Positions 54,724 through 64,000 of a DNA stretch of 64,000 nt are shown here, piece by piece. The notes beneath the pieces are model-generated. The model worked only from the letters and a program-made list of their open reading frames with translations, was not told where the DNA came from and did no database searches. The position numbers and the translations under genes are program-made. The stretch lies in the NCBI GenBank assembly GCA_910585725.1, contig CAJUFA010000010.1, forward strand, positions 21,450-85,449, given 5' to 3'. Source of the stretch: an uncultured Dorea sp. (GTDB taxonomy: Bacteria > Bacillota > Clostridia > Lachnospirales > Lachnospiraceae). Within the stretch, counting starts at the first letter, position 1. Every line of letters begins with the position of its first letter.

Positions 54724-55704
54724 ATGATGCGAGATCAATACCAGAGAGAAATTGATTATGTGAGAATATCGGTAACCGACCGCTGTAATTTCCGTTGTCG
54801 ATACTGTATGCCCAGGGAGGGAGTAAAGTTCGCGGACCGCAGTGAGATCATGACCTGTGAGGAGATCCTGCGATTCTGCAGGGCAGTTTCCGGGATCGGA
54901 ATACATAAGGTAAAGATAACAGGAGGAGAGCCGCTTGTACGCAGAGGAGTCTGTGATTTGATCCGTGAGATTCGGCGGATTCCGGGAATCGAGTCCGTTA
55001 CTCTTACGACGAATGGAATGCTTCTGGGCGAATATCTTCCTGCATTAGAAGATGCAGGTCTGACAGGAATAAATGTCAGCCTGGATACCCTGAATACAGT
55101 GAAATTCCGCCGGATTACAGGGACTGATGGATTCTCAGAGGTATGGAAAGGGATCTGTAAAGCGGTTAAGACATCGATACCTGTGAAGATTAACTGTATT
55201 CCTATGCGGGAATGGAATGAGGACGAACTTGCGGACATGGCATTTCTTGCAAAGCAGTTTCCCGTCATGGTGCGCTTTATTGAAATGATGCCGATGGGAA
55301 AGGGAAGGGATTATACGGGGATTCCCCAGGAAGAAGTGAAGGATATTCTGCGGAAGCGGTTTGGAAAAATGGCGGCGGCAAAGGGCAGGTTTGGAAACGG
55401 ACCGGCGGTCTACTATGAGCTTTCGGATTTTCAGGGAAAGGTAGGCTTCATCAGCGCTGTAAGCCATGAATTCTGCGGCGCTTGTAATCGTATCCGTCTG
55501 ACGGCCGACGGGATATTAAAGCCCTGCCTGAATTACGCGGGCCGGGTGAATCTCAGGCAGGAGATGAGAAGCGGGATCACGGATCAGGAGCTTCGATATC
55601 TGGTTAAAGAAGCAATCTATTGGAAACCAAGACGTCATGGATTCGGGGATGAAGCGGAGGAAGAAATTAAGGAAAAGCGCCGGATGGCGGGGATTGGAGG
55701 ATAA
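54724..55704 (+). CDS. moaA: GTP 3',8-cyclase (radical SAM)
   Basis: Radical-SAM CNFRCRYC and a C-terminal cluster CGACNRIRLTADG. Confidence 0.9.
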   Translation: MMRDQYQREIDYVRISVTDRCNFRCRYCMPREGVKFADRSEIMTCEEILRFCRAVSGIGIHKVKITGGEPLVRRGVCDLIREIRRIPGIESVTLTTNGMLLGEYLPALEDAGLTGINVSLDTLNTVKFRRITGTDGFSEVWKGICKAVKTSIPVKINCIPMREWNEDELADMAFLAKQFPVMVRFIEMMPMGKGRDYTGIPQEEVKDILRKRFGKMAAAKGRFGNGPAVYYELSDFQGKVGFISAVSHEFCGACNRIRLTADGILKPCLNYAGRVNLRQEMRSGITDQELRYLVKEAIYWKPRRHGFGDEAEEEIKEKRRMAGIGG

Positions 55705-55706
55705 GG

Positions 55707-56639
55707 ATGGGGATTGTAAGAGCGGTCTGTACCAGTGATAGGCGCGGAATTCAGAAGGTGAATGTAGGAACGGCAGAATTTCAGGAAGGGTTTGGTATCT
55801 GCGGGGATGCTCACGGCGGCGACTGGCACAGACAGGTAAGTCTTCTGTCGGCAGAGAAGATTGAGGAATTCAATCGAAGAGGGGCGGGAGCAGAGCCAGG
55901 GGCATTTGGGGAGAACCTGGTGGTAGAGGGATTTGATTTTAAGAATCTTCCAGTGGGGACCAGATTCCGGTGTAATGATGTGATCCTGGAGACGACGCAG
56001 ATAGGGAAGGAATGTCATACACATTGCCGGATTTATGATAAGATGGGGGAATGTATCATGCCGACGCAGGGAGTATTCGCACAGGTTATCCATGGAGGAA
56101 GGATATCGGCAGGAGACGAGATGGAGATTTTGGAAGAGACGGACGGCAGATATACGGCTGCGGTTGTGACGCTGAGTGATAAAGGAGCGCGGGGAGAACG
56201 GGAGGATACCAGCAATCCTTTGATCTGTGAGATGATGGAAGAGGCAGGATACCGTGTCGTCGAGAGATTATTGCTTTCTGACGAGCAGGAAAGGATTGAG
56301 AAGGAACTGATCAGGTTGTCGGACGGAAGGCAGGTTAATCTGATCCTGACAACCGGCGGAACCGGATTCTCAGAGCGCGACTGCACGCCGGAAGCTACGA
56401 TGGCGGTGGCCACGAGAAACGCGCCGGGGATTGCGGACGCAATCCGCATGCATTCCCTGACGATTACAGGGAGGGCAATGCTTGGCAGAGGCGTTTCTGT
56501 AATCCGTAATAAGACGGTGATCGTGAATCTTCCGGGAAGCAGGAAGGCAGTGAAGGAAAGTCTGGAATATGTCCTGCCTCATCTGGAGCATGGAATACGG
56601 ATATTGACGGGAGACGATTCGGATTGCGGCGGAAAGTGA
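55707..56639 (+). CDS. MOSC domain fused to MogA/MoaB-type molybdopterin adenylyltransferase domain
   Basis: N-terminus is MOSC-like (GICGDAHGGDWHRQVSLL). C-terminus has AAVVTLSDKG and LTTGGTGFSERDCTPEAT. Confidence 0.7.
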   Translation: MGIVRAVCTSDRRGIQKVNVGTAEFQEGFGICGDAHGGDWHRQVSLLSAEKIEEFNRRGAGAEPGAFGENLVVEGFDFKNLPVGTRFRCNDVILETTQIGKECHTHCRIYDKMGECIMPTQGVFAQVIHGGRISAGDEMEILEETDGRYTAAVVTLSDKGARGEREDTSNPLICEMMEEAGYRVVERLLLSDEQERIEKELIRLSDGRQVNLILTTGGTGFSERDCTPEATMAVATRNAPGIADAIRMHSLTITGRAMLGRGVSVIRNKTVIVNLPGSRKAVKESLEYVLPHLEHGIRILTGDDSDCGGK

Positions 56640-56698
56640 GAACTATACCGAGTTTTTAATTCAGACGAGGAACAGGCTGAGGAACAGATTGAGGTAGT

Positions 56699-57406
56699 AT
56701 GATGGAAGCTGTGGGAAAGATTTTAGAGGGATTAGACTGGAGTCCACTGTGGATCTCTTTGAAAACGGGAGCGGCGGCGACGGTTTTTTCTTTTTTTCTG
56801 GGGATATTTGCCGCAAGGAAGGTGATCAGGATGGCGCCGGGAAGAAAGGCGTTTATAGACGGAATTCTGACGCTTCCGATGGTGATGCCGCCTACGGCGG
56901 CGGGGTTCTTCCTCTTGCTCTTATTCAGCAGGAGAAGACCGCTGGGAATCTTCTTATATGAGAATTTTGACGTCAGAGTAGTGCAGACCTGGCTTGGATG
57001 TGTAGTCGCGGCGACAGTGATTGCGTTTCCTCTGATGTACCGGAATGCCAGGGCGGCGTTTGAGCAGATCGATGTGAATCTGGTCTATGCGGGCAGGACG
57101 CTAGGAATGTCGGAGGTGCGGATATTCTGGAAAGTAGTGGTTCCGACCGCGGGACCTGGGATTGCCTCCGGTACGATACTGACGTTTGCCAGGGCGCTCG
57201 GCGAGTATGGGGCGACGTCCATGCTTGCAGGAAATATTCCCGGCAAGACAGGGACGATTTCCCAGAAGATCGCCATGGTGATTCAGGACGGCGATTACGT
57301 GACGGCGGGAATCTGGGTTGCGGCCGTGATATTGATCGCGCTTGCGGCCGTGGTACTGATGAATCTGATTGCAGGAAAACGGATGAAGACGGTAAAGCGG
57401 TGGTAA
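56699..57406 (+). CDS. modB: molybdate ABC transporter permease
   Basis: 235-aa MetI-like permease with the EAA-type loop ARALGEYGATSMLAGNIPG and ModB-like N-terminus. Confidence 0.75.
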   Translation: MMEAVGKILEGLDWSPLWISLKTGAAATVFSFFLGIFAARKVIRMAPGRKAFIDGILTLPMVMPPTAAGFFLLLLFSRRRPLGIFLYENFDVRVVQTWLGCVVAATVIAFPLMYRNARAAFEQIDVNLVYAGRTLGMSEVRIFWKVVVPTAGPGIASGTILTFARALGEYGATSMLAGNIPGKTGTISQKIAMVIQDGDYVTAGIWVAAVILIALAAVVLMNLIAGKRMKTVKRW

Positions 57407-57436
57407 ATAGATCGTCGGACAGGAAAGGGAGATCGG

Positions 57437-58504
57437 ATGAACCTGACAGTAGATATAAAGAAAAGTATAGGGGATTTTCATATGGATGTCCGGTTCCGGA
57501 GCAAAGCTTCCCGTATCGGAATTTTAGGGGCGTCCGGATGTGGAAAGAGTATGACGCTGAAGGCTATTGCCGGGATCGAGATTCCGGACGCGGGAGAGAT
57601 TGTGATAAATGGACAGGAATTCTATCATTCCGGACACAAGGTTAATATAAGGCCTCAGAAGCGTAATATAGGATATCTCTTTCAGAATTATGCGTTATTT
57701 CCTACGATGACGGTGGAGAAAAATATTGAAGCAGGTCTGAAAGGGAGAAAGCGGGAGAGACAGAAGAGGGTGGATGAGATGATCCGAGTCTTTCGGTTGG
57801 ACGGGTTTAGAGACCGCCTGCCGGGAGAGTTGTCCGGCGGGCAGCAGCAGCGCGCGGCGCTTGCAAGGATAATGGCATATGAGCCGGATGTGATTCTGTT
57901 GGACGAACCCTTTTCGGCGTTGGATATGTCTCTCAAGGACAGATTACAGCAGGAACTGGCGGAGATGCTGTCAGATTACAGGGGGATTGTGATCCTTGTA
58001 TCCCACAGCAGGGATGAGATTTATCGCTTCAGTGAAGATCTGATTATTATGGATCGGGGATCGGCGGTTGCTTTCGGGAATACGAAAGAGATCTTCGCCA
58101 ATCCCGGTACGAAAGAGGCGGCGCGTCTGACAGGGTGCGGGAATATCTCAAAGATCCGTCGGATTGACGCCCATAGAATAGAAGCGATTGACTGGGGAGT
58201 AGAAATTACTCTTATAAGAGAGATCCCGAAAAATATTTCTTATGTAGGATACCGTCAACATGATTTCCTTCCGGTCTGGGGAGAGCGAAAAGAGAACTGC
58301 GTCAGGCTGCGGATTGCGGGATACGCCGAACTTCCCTTCGAGAAGAAATTTTATCTGACGCCGGAAAACGGGGAAAGTCCTCAGATTCCGGGGGACGGGG
58401 GACTGTGCTGGTTTCTGCTGAAGGAGCAATGGGGAATGATGAAGGAAAGAGGACTGCCGGACTATCTGCAGTTTCAGGAAGAACAGTTGTTATTGCTTTC
58501 GTGA
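57437..58504 (+). CDS. modC: molybdate/sulfate-type ABC transporter ATP-binding protein
   Basis: Walker A GASGCGKSM, signature LSGGQQQR, Walker B ILLDEPFSALD, and a C-terminal regulatory extension. Confidence 0.7.
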   Translation: MNLTVDIKKSIGDFHMDVRFRSKASRIGILGASGCGKSMTLKAIAGIEIPDAGEIVINGQEFYHSGHKVNIRPQKRNIGYLFQNYALFPTMTVEKNIEAGLKGRKRERQKRVDEMIRVFRLDGFRDRLPGELSGGQQQRAALARIMAYEPDVILLDEPFSALDMSLKDRLQQELAEMLSDYRGIVILVSHSRDEIYRFSEDLIIMDRGSAVAFGNTKEIFANPGTKEAARLTGCGNISKIRRIDAHRIEAIDWGVEITLIREIPKNISYVGYRQHDFLPVWGERKENCVRLRIAGYAELPFEKKFYLTPENGESPQIPGDGGLCWFLLKEQWGMMKERGLPDYLQFQEEQLLLLS

Positions 58505-58594
58505 AATTATGCTTGACTTTATGGCGGTGACATGGGTTATAATTGGTTTCGGAAAGTTATGCGGATAAAATATAGCGGCAGGTGTAGAAAAGTT

Positions 58595-59926
58595 ATGGAG
58601 AAAGATTTAACAACCGGAAGTGTGTTTAAAAATATTGTTTCTTTTTCGTTACCGTACCTCTTTTCCTATTTTTTGCAGACATTGTATGGAATGGCGGATT
58701 TGTTTATCATTGGTCAATTTAATGGTGTGGACAGCATTACAGCGGTTTCGGTGGGAAGTCAGGTTATGCATATGCTGACTGTTATGATTGTCGGACTGGC
58801 GATGGGTTCCACTGTGACTATAGGTAAGGCAGTCGGGGCAAAGCAGTTTAAAAAGGCGTCTCTCACCGTGGGAAATACGATAACTTTATTTATGGGCGTG
58901 GCCGTAGCAGTGATGACAGCGCTTCTTGTTATGGTAGAGCCGATCGTGGGATTGATGTCTACTCCTGCGGAGGCGGTTTCCGAAACAATTCTTTATCTGA
59001 CGATTTGTTTTATTGGTATCCCGTTTATTACGGCGTATAATATTATCAGTTCAATTTTTCGGGGACTGGGAGATTCTAAAAGCCCTATGCGTTTTATTGC
59101 GGTAGCGTGCGCCGTGAATATCCTGTTGGATTATCTTTTTATCGGCGTGTTTCATATGGGGGCGGCGGGAGCGGCGCTGGGCACCGCTTTATCCCAGACG
59201 GTCAGTGTGATCGTGGCGTTGACTGTAATATTTAAGAAAAAGACGGGAATTGAGCTGAAAAGGGATGATTTTAAGCCTCAGTCCAAAACAATGGGTCAAA
59301 TGCTGAAAATTGGCATTCCGGTTGCGCTGCAGGATGGATTTATCCAGATTGCTTTTATTGTGATTACTGTTATTGCGAACCGCAGAGGGCTGAACGATGC
59401 CGCCGCGGTGGGAATAGTGGAGAAAATCATAGGCATAGTGTTCCTGGTTCCGTCTACTATGCTTTCGACGGTTTCCGCCCTTTCCGCACAGAACATCGGC
59501 GCAGGGAAGCATGACCGGGCGGCGGGCATACTGCGTTATGCGGTTCTTATTACGGCAGGGTTCGGTCTGATTGTGTCTGTTGCCGTTCAATTTGCCGGGC
59601 CGGGTATTGTAGGAATGTTTACGGATGATGCAAAAGTTATTGTGTTGGGAGACCAATATCTGCGGGCGTATATTTGGGATTGTATGATCGCGGGCGTACA
59701 TTTTAGTTTCAGCGGGTATTTTTGCGCCTATGGTTTATCGGGAATTTCGTTTTTACATAATGTATTATCTATCGTGTGTGTCCGTGTTCCCGGCGCGTTC
59801 CTGGCGTCAAAATATTTTGCCGATACGCTTTATCCCATGGGACTGGCGGCGCCCGGAGGATCTTTACTGTCTGTGGTCGTGTGCGTAGTCGCTTTTCGAT
59901 TGCTGAGAAGAAAGGATATGCTTTAA
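58595..59926 (+). CDS. MATE-family efflux transporter
   Basis: 12-TM protein. N-terminal LTTGSVFKNIVSFSLPYLFSYFLQTLYGMADLFIIGQ is typical of MATE. The upstream 21 codons of the ORF track overlap a TTGACT...TATAAT promoter-like region and were trimmed. Confidence 0.8.
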   Translation: MEKDLTTGSVFKNIVSFSLPYLFSYFLQTLYGMADLFIIGQFNGVDSITAVSVGSQVMHMLTVMIVGLAMGSTVTIGKAVGAKQFKKASLTVGNTITLFMGVAVAVMTALLVMVEPIVGLMSTPAEAVSETILYLTICFIGIPFITAYNIISSIFRGLGDSKSPMRFIAVACAVNILLDYLFIGVFHMGAAGAALGTALSQTVSVIVALTVIFKKKTGIELKRDDFKPQSKTMGQMLKIGIPVALQDGFIQIAFIVITVIANRRGLNDAAAVGIVEKIIGIVFLVPSTMLSTVSALSAQNIGAGKHDRAAGILRYAVLITAGFGLIVSVAVQFAGPGIVGMFTDDAKVIVLGDQYLRAYIWDCMIAGVHFSFSGYFCAYGLSGISFLHNVLSIVCVRVPGAFLASKYFADTLYPMGLAAPGGSLLSVVVCVVAFRLLRRKDML

Positions 59927-59932
59927 CATTAA

Positions 59933-59963
59933 AAGAAGGGGCGCCGCGCCCCTTCTTGTTTTA
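59933..59963. terminator. bidirectional terminator between the MATE and LysR genes
   Basis: AAGAAGGGGCG-CCG-CGCCCCTTCTT followed by GTTTTA. An A-run precedes it. Confidence 0.8.
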
Positions 59964-59976
59964 GACAGATCTTCAA

Positions 59977-60867
59977 TTAAGTGTGGAGATTCGTATTTTC
60001 TATTATATATGCTTTTAGATTCTGAACTACGGGAGCCTGATACACATTCTTCAAAACAGCCATGTAGATAACTCTTTCCCAGGCCGGTTCTGTGATCTCA
60101 ATTATCTTGACAGGCATATGATCTAAGATCGACATCCGGGGAACTACTGCGATTCCCAGTCCGGCGCTTACAAGACCGGCTATGGCTTGTTCCTCTTCGA
60201 GGAAATAATCGGCTTTGGGCGCGCCGCCGCATTGTTCGAACAGTTTATCAATGACGGGCCGTAATCCGCTGTGATGTGAGAAGCATATCTGCGGATAGGG
60301 CAGAGTCTCGCGAAGATCGACGGTATCGTGAGTCGCAAGAGGATGGCTGTTCGGAACGATCAGAACCAATTCCTGGCGGTCAACCGGAACGAAGTCAATC
60401 GACGGTTCATTTTCCGTCTTGGAACAGAAAGCAATATCATATCTCCTGTCTTTTAGATCCCGGATAATATCTGCCGTAAGGTTCGTAGAAGTATGAAAGT
60501 AAAACTGGATGTTCTTTGACGAATGAATATCCATAAACCTTTTCACATACTTTGGTACGGTGTCGCCAAGGATGCGGAGCATTCCAATATCAATTCGTCC
60601 TTCTCCCAGTCCGGCAAGTCGGAGTCTTTTGACGCTTGAGTCTAATTTATCGAGAGATTGCTCGATATCAGTCAGAAATGTCTGTCCACATTTGGTCAGA
60701 ACTATGTTGCGGCCATCTTTTTCAAATAATTTTACTCCCAGTTCTTTCTCGAGAGAGGAGATAGCATGGCTTAAGCTTGGCTGAGTGATGGTCAGAATTT
60801 CTGCAGCCTTAGTATAATGTTCCAGATGGGCCAATGTTACAAAATACCTGAGATGGTATAGATTCAT
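59977..60867 (-). CDS. LysR-family transcriptional regulator
   Basis: N-terminal HTH LRYFVTLAHLEHYTKAAEILTITQPSLSHAISSLEKELG and a LysR substrate-binding body. Confidence 0.85.
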   Translation of the reverse strand: MNLYHLRYFVTLAHLEHYTKAAEILTITQPSLSHAISSLEKELGVKLFEKDGRNIVLTKCGQTFLTDIEQSLDKLDSSVKRLRLAGLGEGRIDIGMLRILGDTVPKYVKRFMDIHSSKNIQFYFHTSTNLTADIIRDLKDRRYDIAFCSKTENEPSIDFVPVDRQELVLIVPNSHPLATHDTVDLRETLPYPQICFSHHSGLRPVIDKLFEQCGGAPKADYFLEEEQAIAGLVSAGLGIAVVPRMSILDHMPVKIIEITEPAWERVIYMAVLKNVYQAPVVQNLKAYIIENTNLHT

Positions 60868-60963
60868 AAGAATTCTCCTTTCATCATTTGTTTAAATAAT
60901 ATATTAACATGAACTATAAAGAAAATCTATGAAAACCGCATATGTTAGTAATTATTTTTTTTT

Positions 60964-61000
60964 ATTATATTTTTTTATTATATTTTTTTATTATATTTTT
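60964..61000. repeat. about 3 x 13-bp AT-only tandem repeat ATTATATTTTTTT upstream of the LysR gene
   Basis: Copies at 60964-60976, 60977-60989 and 60990-61000 (the last is truncated). Confidence 0.85.
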
Positions 61001-61095
61001 AATTCTCGCAGCAACGAGCCAGGCAGGTATAGTTGTATGCGCGCTTGGCGGCCGCCGAGGGGTATTTGATTATCAGGCGACTTCGTTGTTAATGG

Positions 61096-61857
61096 TTATA
61101 AGGCGCGGTGCACGGTTTGGAGAGCATGGTATAACTCTTCCGCGTCGATCTGTCCCGGCGCGGACGCTAGGGAACCTGAGCCGAAGGTCAGACAGGAGCC
61201 GAATATCTCACAGGAAAGGCGGCTTACGCATCCAATGCCGGACATGGACATGGTGATAATAGGTCTGTCCGCGTAATCAGAAACCATCTCTTCGGTTGCT
61301 GCAAGGAGCGTGAGAACGTCCTTCTTATTCTGAGGCATCACGGCGATCTTAGGAATGTCTGCATCCATCTTCTGCATCTTGCGCAGCCGGTATATGATGT
61401 CGGATTTGGAGGGAGTCTTGTCAAAGTCATGGTTAGAGACTATGACTTTTGTATGGTTTTCATGGATAAAGGAGATCAAGTCCGCGGCAAGTTCGTCTCC
61501 GGTAAACATCTCCACATCGATAAGGTCGGCGATGCCGGCTGCGGCAGTGATTTTATTCAGGGCAATATATGATTCTGTGGACATTGGACGGACTCCGCCT
61601 TCTTTCTCTGTGCGGAAGGTAAATAAAAGCGGGGTGTCGCCGAGGCTCCGGCGTATCTCCGTCAGAACTTCCGTTACCTCGCGCGTGTCTTCAACATCTT
61701 CGAACCAATCTGCCCGCCATTCCATCAGGTCCATGTGCATGCTTTTATATTGCCGGGTAAGAGAAATAATCTCTTCTTTTGTTCTTCCCACGTTCGGGAT
61801 ACAGATGGCAGGTATGCCTGCTCCGAGTTCAAGATTTCGTATTTTTACAGTCTTCAT
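61096..61857 (-). CDS. aroD: type I 3-dehydroquinate dehydratase
   Basis: 253 aa from MKTVKIRNLELG. Type I DHQase-like motifs LMEWRADWF, VIVSNHDF and PKIAVMP contain conserved His/Lys candidates (SNHDF, KIAVMP). Confidence 0.8.
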   Translation of the reverse strand: MKTVKIRNLELGAGIPAICIPNVGRTKEEIISLTRQYKSMHMDLMEWRADWFEDVEDTREVTEVLTEIRRSLGDTPLLFTFRTEKEGGVRPMSTESYIALNKITAAAGIADLIDVEMFTGDELAADLISFIHENHTKVIVSNHDFDKTPSKSDIIYRLRKMQKMDADIPKIAVMPQNKKDVLTLLAATEEMVSDYADRPIITMSMSGIGCVSRLSCEIFGSCLTFGSGSLASAPGQIDAEELYHALQTVHRAL

Positions 61858-61983
61858 GTTTATTCTCCTGATCTTATTATTTAATAATTGAGTGAAAGAT
61901 GATCTTATTCTATCAAAAATGCGGAAGAGAATCAAATATATCTAGGTTTTAGGTATCCAGGTAGAAAAATTTATCGTGAGATA

Positions 61984-62012
61984 GTATAAACATTCAACAG
62001 GACGCATATATT
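61984..62012 (+). promoter_or_regulatory. candidate sigma-E type promoter for spoIVA
   Basis: GTATAAA (61984-90), a 14-nt spacer, then CATATATT (62005-12), about 30 nt upstream of the start codon. This resembles the ATA...CATAcanT mother-cell promoter pattern. Confidence 0.35.
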
Positions 62013-62042
62013 CTATCAGCACGAATGGAAGGGGCAGGATGT

Positions 62043-63515
62043 ATGGATCATTATCATTTATACAAGGATATACAAGCCAGGACCAACGGAGAGATATACA
62101 TAGGAGTCGTAGGACCGGTCAGGACAGGGAAATCTACATTTATCAAAAGATTCATGGATGTGCTGGTACTGCCGCATATGGAGGATGAGCATGGAAAATC
62201 AAGAACGAAGGATGAATTGCCGCAGTCGGCTTCAGGACGGACGATTATGACTACAGAGCCGAAGTTTGTGCCGAAGGAAGCGGCCGAGATTAAGTTGTCC
62301 GAGGACGTGTCGGTACGGGTGCGGCTGATTGACTGTGTAGGTTACATGGTGGAGGGAGCTTCCGGTCATGTGGAAGGGAATGGAGAACGTCAGGTGAAGA
62401 CGCCGTGGTTTGATCATGAGATTCCCTTTACAAAGGCTGCGAGCATCGGTACCCGGAAAGTTATTCACGACCATGCGACGATCGGGATTGTGGTCACGAC
62501 AGATGGGAGTATTACGGATATTCCCCGGGAGAATTACAGAGAAGGTACGGAGAAAACTATAAGAGAATTACAGAGCATCGGGAAACCTTTTGTCGTACTT
62601 GTGAATTCAAAGAAACCATACGGAGACGAAGCAAGACAGGCGGCGGAGGAATGTGAACAACAGTACGGCGTACAGGCGCTTCCGGTGAATTGCGAGCAGT
62701 TGAAAGAAGAAGATATTACACGGATCATGGAAGCGGTTCTCTATGAATTTCCTGTTTCCGAGGTACAGTTCTTTATTCCGAAATGGGTGGAGATGCTGCC
62801 GAGAGACCATAAGATCAAGCAGGAGATGCTGGTACATATCAAAGAAATCATGGATCGGTTTGGAGAAATCCGGGATGCCGTGGCCGGGTTCGAGAATCCG
62901 GAATGCCAATACATAGAGGAAATAAAGGTAGATCATATCGAGATGGATACGGGATGTGTAAAGATACGGATTGGGGTGGCGGATAAGTTCTATTATGAGA
63001 TGTTGAGCGAGCTGACTGGGACGCATATTGCCGGACAGTATGAGCTGATAGCCGCGATGAAAAATCTGTCGGAACTTAAGGAAGAGTATGAAGGAGTTAA
63101 AGATGCATTCGCGGCTGTGCGGATGAGGGGATACGGGGTCGTAAGCCCGAAGAAAGAAGAGATTACCCTGGAGGAACCCACTATCATCAAGCAAGGAAAT
63201 AAATACGGGGTTAAGATACATTCCGAGGCGCCCTCGATTCATCTTATTCGCGCTAATATTGAGACGGAGATTGCGCCGATTGTGGGTAATGAACAACAGG
63301 CGCAGGATTTGATACGTTATATTAAAGACGCGAAAGAGAGCGAGGAAGGAATCTGGGGTACAAATATATTCGGAAAATCTATCGAAGAGCTTGTGATGGA
63401 CGGTATGCAGAATAAGATGGCGATGATTAACGACGCGAGTCAGGAAAAATTACAGGATACTATGCAGAAGATAGTGAACGACAGCAACGGCGGAATGGTA
63501 TGTATTATAATCTGA
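62043..63515 (+). CDS. spoIVA: stage IV sporulation protein A (spore coat morphogenetic ATPase)
   Basis: YKDIQARTNGEIYIGVVGPVRTGKSTFIKRFM (Walker A), and near end-to-end resemblance to SpoIVA including the C-terminal GGMVCIII. The start is at the ATG after GGAAGGGG. Confidence 0.9.
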   Translation: MDHYHLYKDIQARTNGEIYIGVVGPVRTGKSTFIKRFMDVLVLPHMEDEHGKSRTKDELPQSASGRTIMTTEPKFVPKEAAEIKLSEDVSVRVRLIDCVGYMVEGASGHVEGNGERQVKTPWFDHEIPFTKAASIGTRKVIHDHATIGIVVTTDGSITDIPRENYREGTEKTIRELQSIGKPFVVLVNSKKPYGDEARQAAEECEQQYGVQALPVNCEQLKEEDITRIMEAVLYEFPVSEVQFFIPKWVEMLPRDHKIKQEMLVHIKEIMDRFGEIRDAVAGFENPECQYIEEIKVDHIEMDTGCVKIRIGVADKFYYEMLSELTGTHIAGQYELIAAMKNLSELKEEYEGVKDAFAAVRMRGYGVVSPKKEEITLEEPTIIKQGNKYGVKIHSEAPSIHLIRANIETEIAPIVGNEQQAQDLIRYIKDAKESEEGIWGTNIFGKSIEELVMDGMQNKMAMINDASQEKLQDTMQKIVNDSNGGMVCIII

Positions 63516-63556
63516 TAAGGCTTTTACTTTTTTATTTGGGAATATATACGTTTCCG

Positions 63557-63584
63557 TTGCATTATTTCTATTTTACGATATAAT
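63557..63584 (+). promoter_or_regulatory. putative sigma-A promoter for the moaB-like gene
   Basis: TTGCAT (63557-62), a 16-nt spacer, then TATAAT (63579-84). Confidence 0.45.
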
Positions 63585-63681
63585 ATGATAAAAGCGTCAA
63601 AACATTCGAAGCAGAATGCCTAATAAGAGAAACATGCAGATATAGCAGCCGGATATGGAGAAAAAGCAGCGGAGGTACGAT

Positions 63682-64000
63682 ATGAGAGTAGCGATTATTA
63701 CGGCGAATACAGATATATATAGAGGAAATGAGGAGAATGTCAGCGGAGAAGCAATCAAGGAAATCGTAGAAGAAGTTGGCTGCGAGATTACCTTTATGAG
63801 GGCGCTTCCCCTCGACAGGGATGTATTGGCGACCGTGATGCAGCGGATGGCAGACAATCACCTGACGGATCTTCTTCTGACTACAGGAGGATCAGGTATG
63901 GGGGCGCAGGACTGTACGCCGGAGGCGACTATGGATGTGGTAGAGAGACCGGTTCCAGGAATTCCGGAAGCGATGCGGGCCTATACGATGAATATGACAA
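63682..64000 (+). CDS. MoaB/MogA-family molybdenum cofactor biosynthesis protein (5' partial, runs off the window)
   Basis: MRVAIITANTDIYRG...LLTTGGSGMGAQDCTPEAT. The ORF is open to the window edge and is absent from the ORF track because no stop is present. GGAGG SD. Confidence 0.75.
   Translation, partial: MRVAIITANTDIYRGNEENVSGEAIKEIVEEVGCEITFMRALPLDRDVLATVMQRMADNHLTDLLLTTGGSGMGAQDCTPEATMDVVERPVPGIPEAMRAYTMNMT

Noticed and set aside
58532-58594. N-terminal extensions in the ORF track: MATE 58532, permease 29710, aroD 61935, rtcB 38504, HAD 24373 and ABC ATPase 22385.
   Set aside because: In each case a downstream ATG has a proper SD and matches the usual family N-terminus. The extensions overlap promoters or upstream genes.
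60942-61256. 104-aa ORF beginning MLVIIFFYYIFLLYFFIIFLIL.
   Set aside because: The hydrophobic N-terminus is the translation of the AT-only tandem repeat. The rest overlaps the aroD 3' end on the opposite strand.
1-64000. I searched the translations for integrase, transposase, phage structural, restriction-modification, Cas, Abi or other known defence gene signatures.
   Set aside because: None was recognised, so neither AT-rich island can be called a prophage or a classic defence island from this window alone.

Overview
This is a gene-dense chromosomal segment of roughly 50% GC by eye. Its gene content suggests a spore-forming Clostridia or Lachnospiraceae-like Firmicute: spoIVA, cdaA-cdaR, Bce-type peptide-resistance modules and ECF sigma factors. 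I support about 60 CDSs. The housekeeping blocks are: c-di-AMP synthesis (cdaA-cdaR plus an HPr-like gene), glgX, nfo, trmO, csoR-copA with a clear operator, a folate operon (folC-folE-HD-folP-folBK), an Lnr-like ABC-2 exporter with a NarL-type two-component system, ridA, mrp, purB, azlCD, a molybdenum cofactor and molybdate cluster, aroD and spoIVA. I found no rRNA, tRNA, CRISPR array, transposase or integrase. Five things stand out. (1) A tightly coupled three-gene module at 43.7-49.2 kb encodes a ~1120-aa beta-sandwich/helical-repeat protein, a lid-less Hsp70-fold protein whose nucleotide-binding loops are degenerate, and a TPR-like protein. I cannot assign it any characterised function. 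(2) An AT-rich three-gene island at 37.07-40.2 kb (ComEC-type MBL-fold hydrolase, apparently active RtcB RNA ligase, Cys-rich 132-aa protein) sits between a histidine kinase gene and a BceAB transporter that keeps a BceR-type operator. (3) A second AT-rich island at 25.1-27.3 kb carries an HTH-FliG_C fusion and a MarA-like regulator ending in ...KLAA, whose gene overlaps (ATGA) an extra clpP. (4) An 8 x 14-bp tandem repeat lies directly upstream of a cupin gene. (5) A cytoplasmic ParB/Srx-BMP fusion protein is encoded at 12.3-14.2 kb. All functional calls come from reading motifs in the translations; no database search was run.
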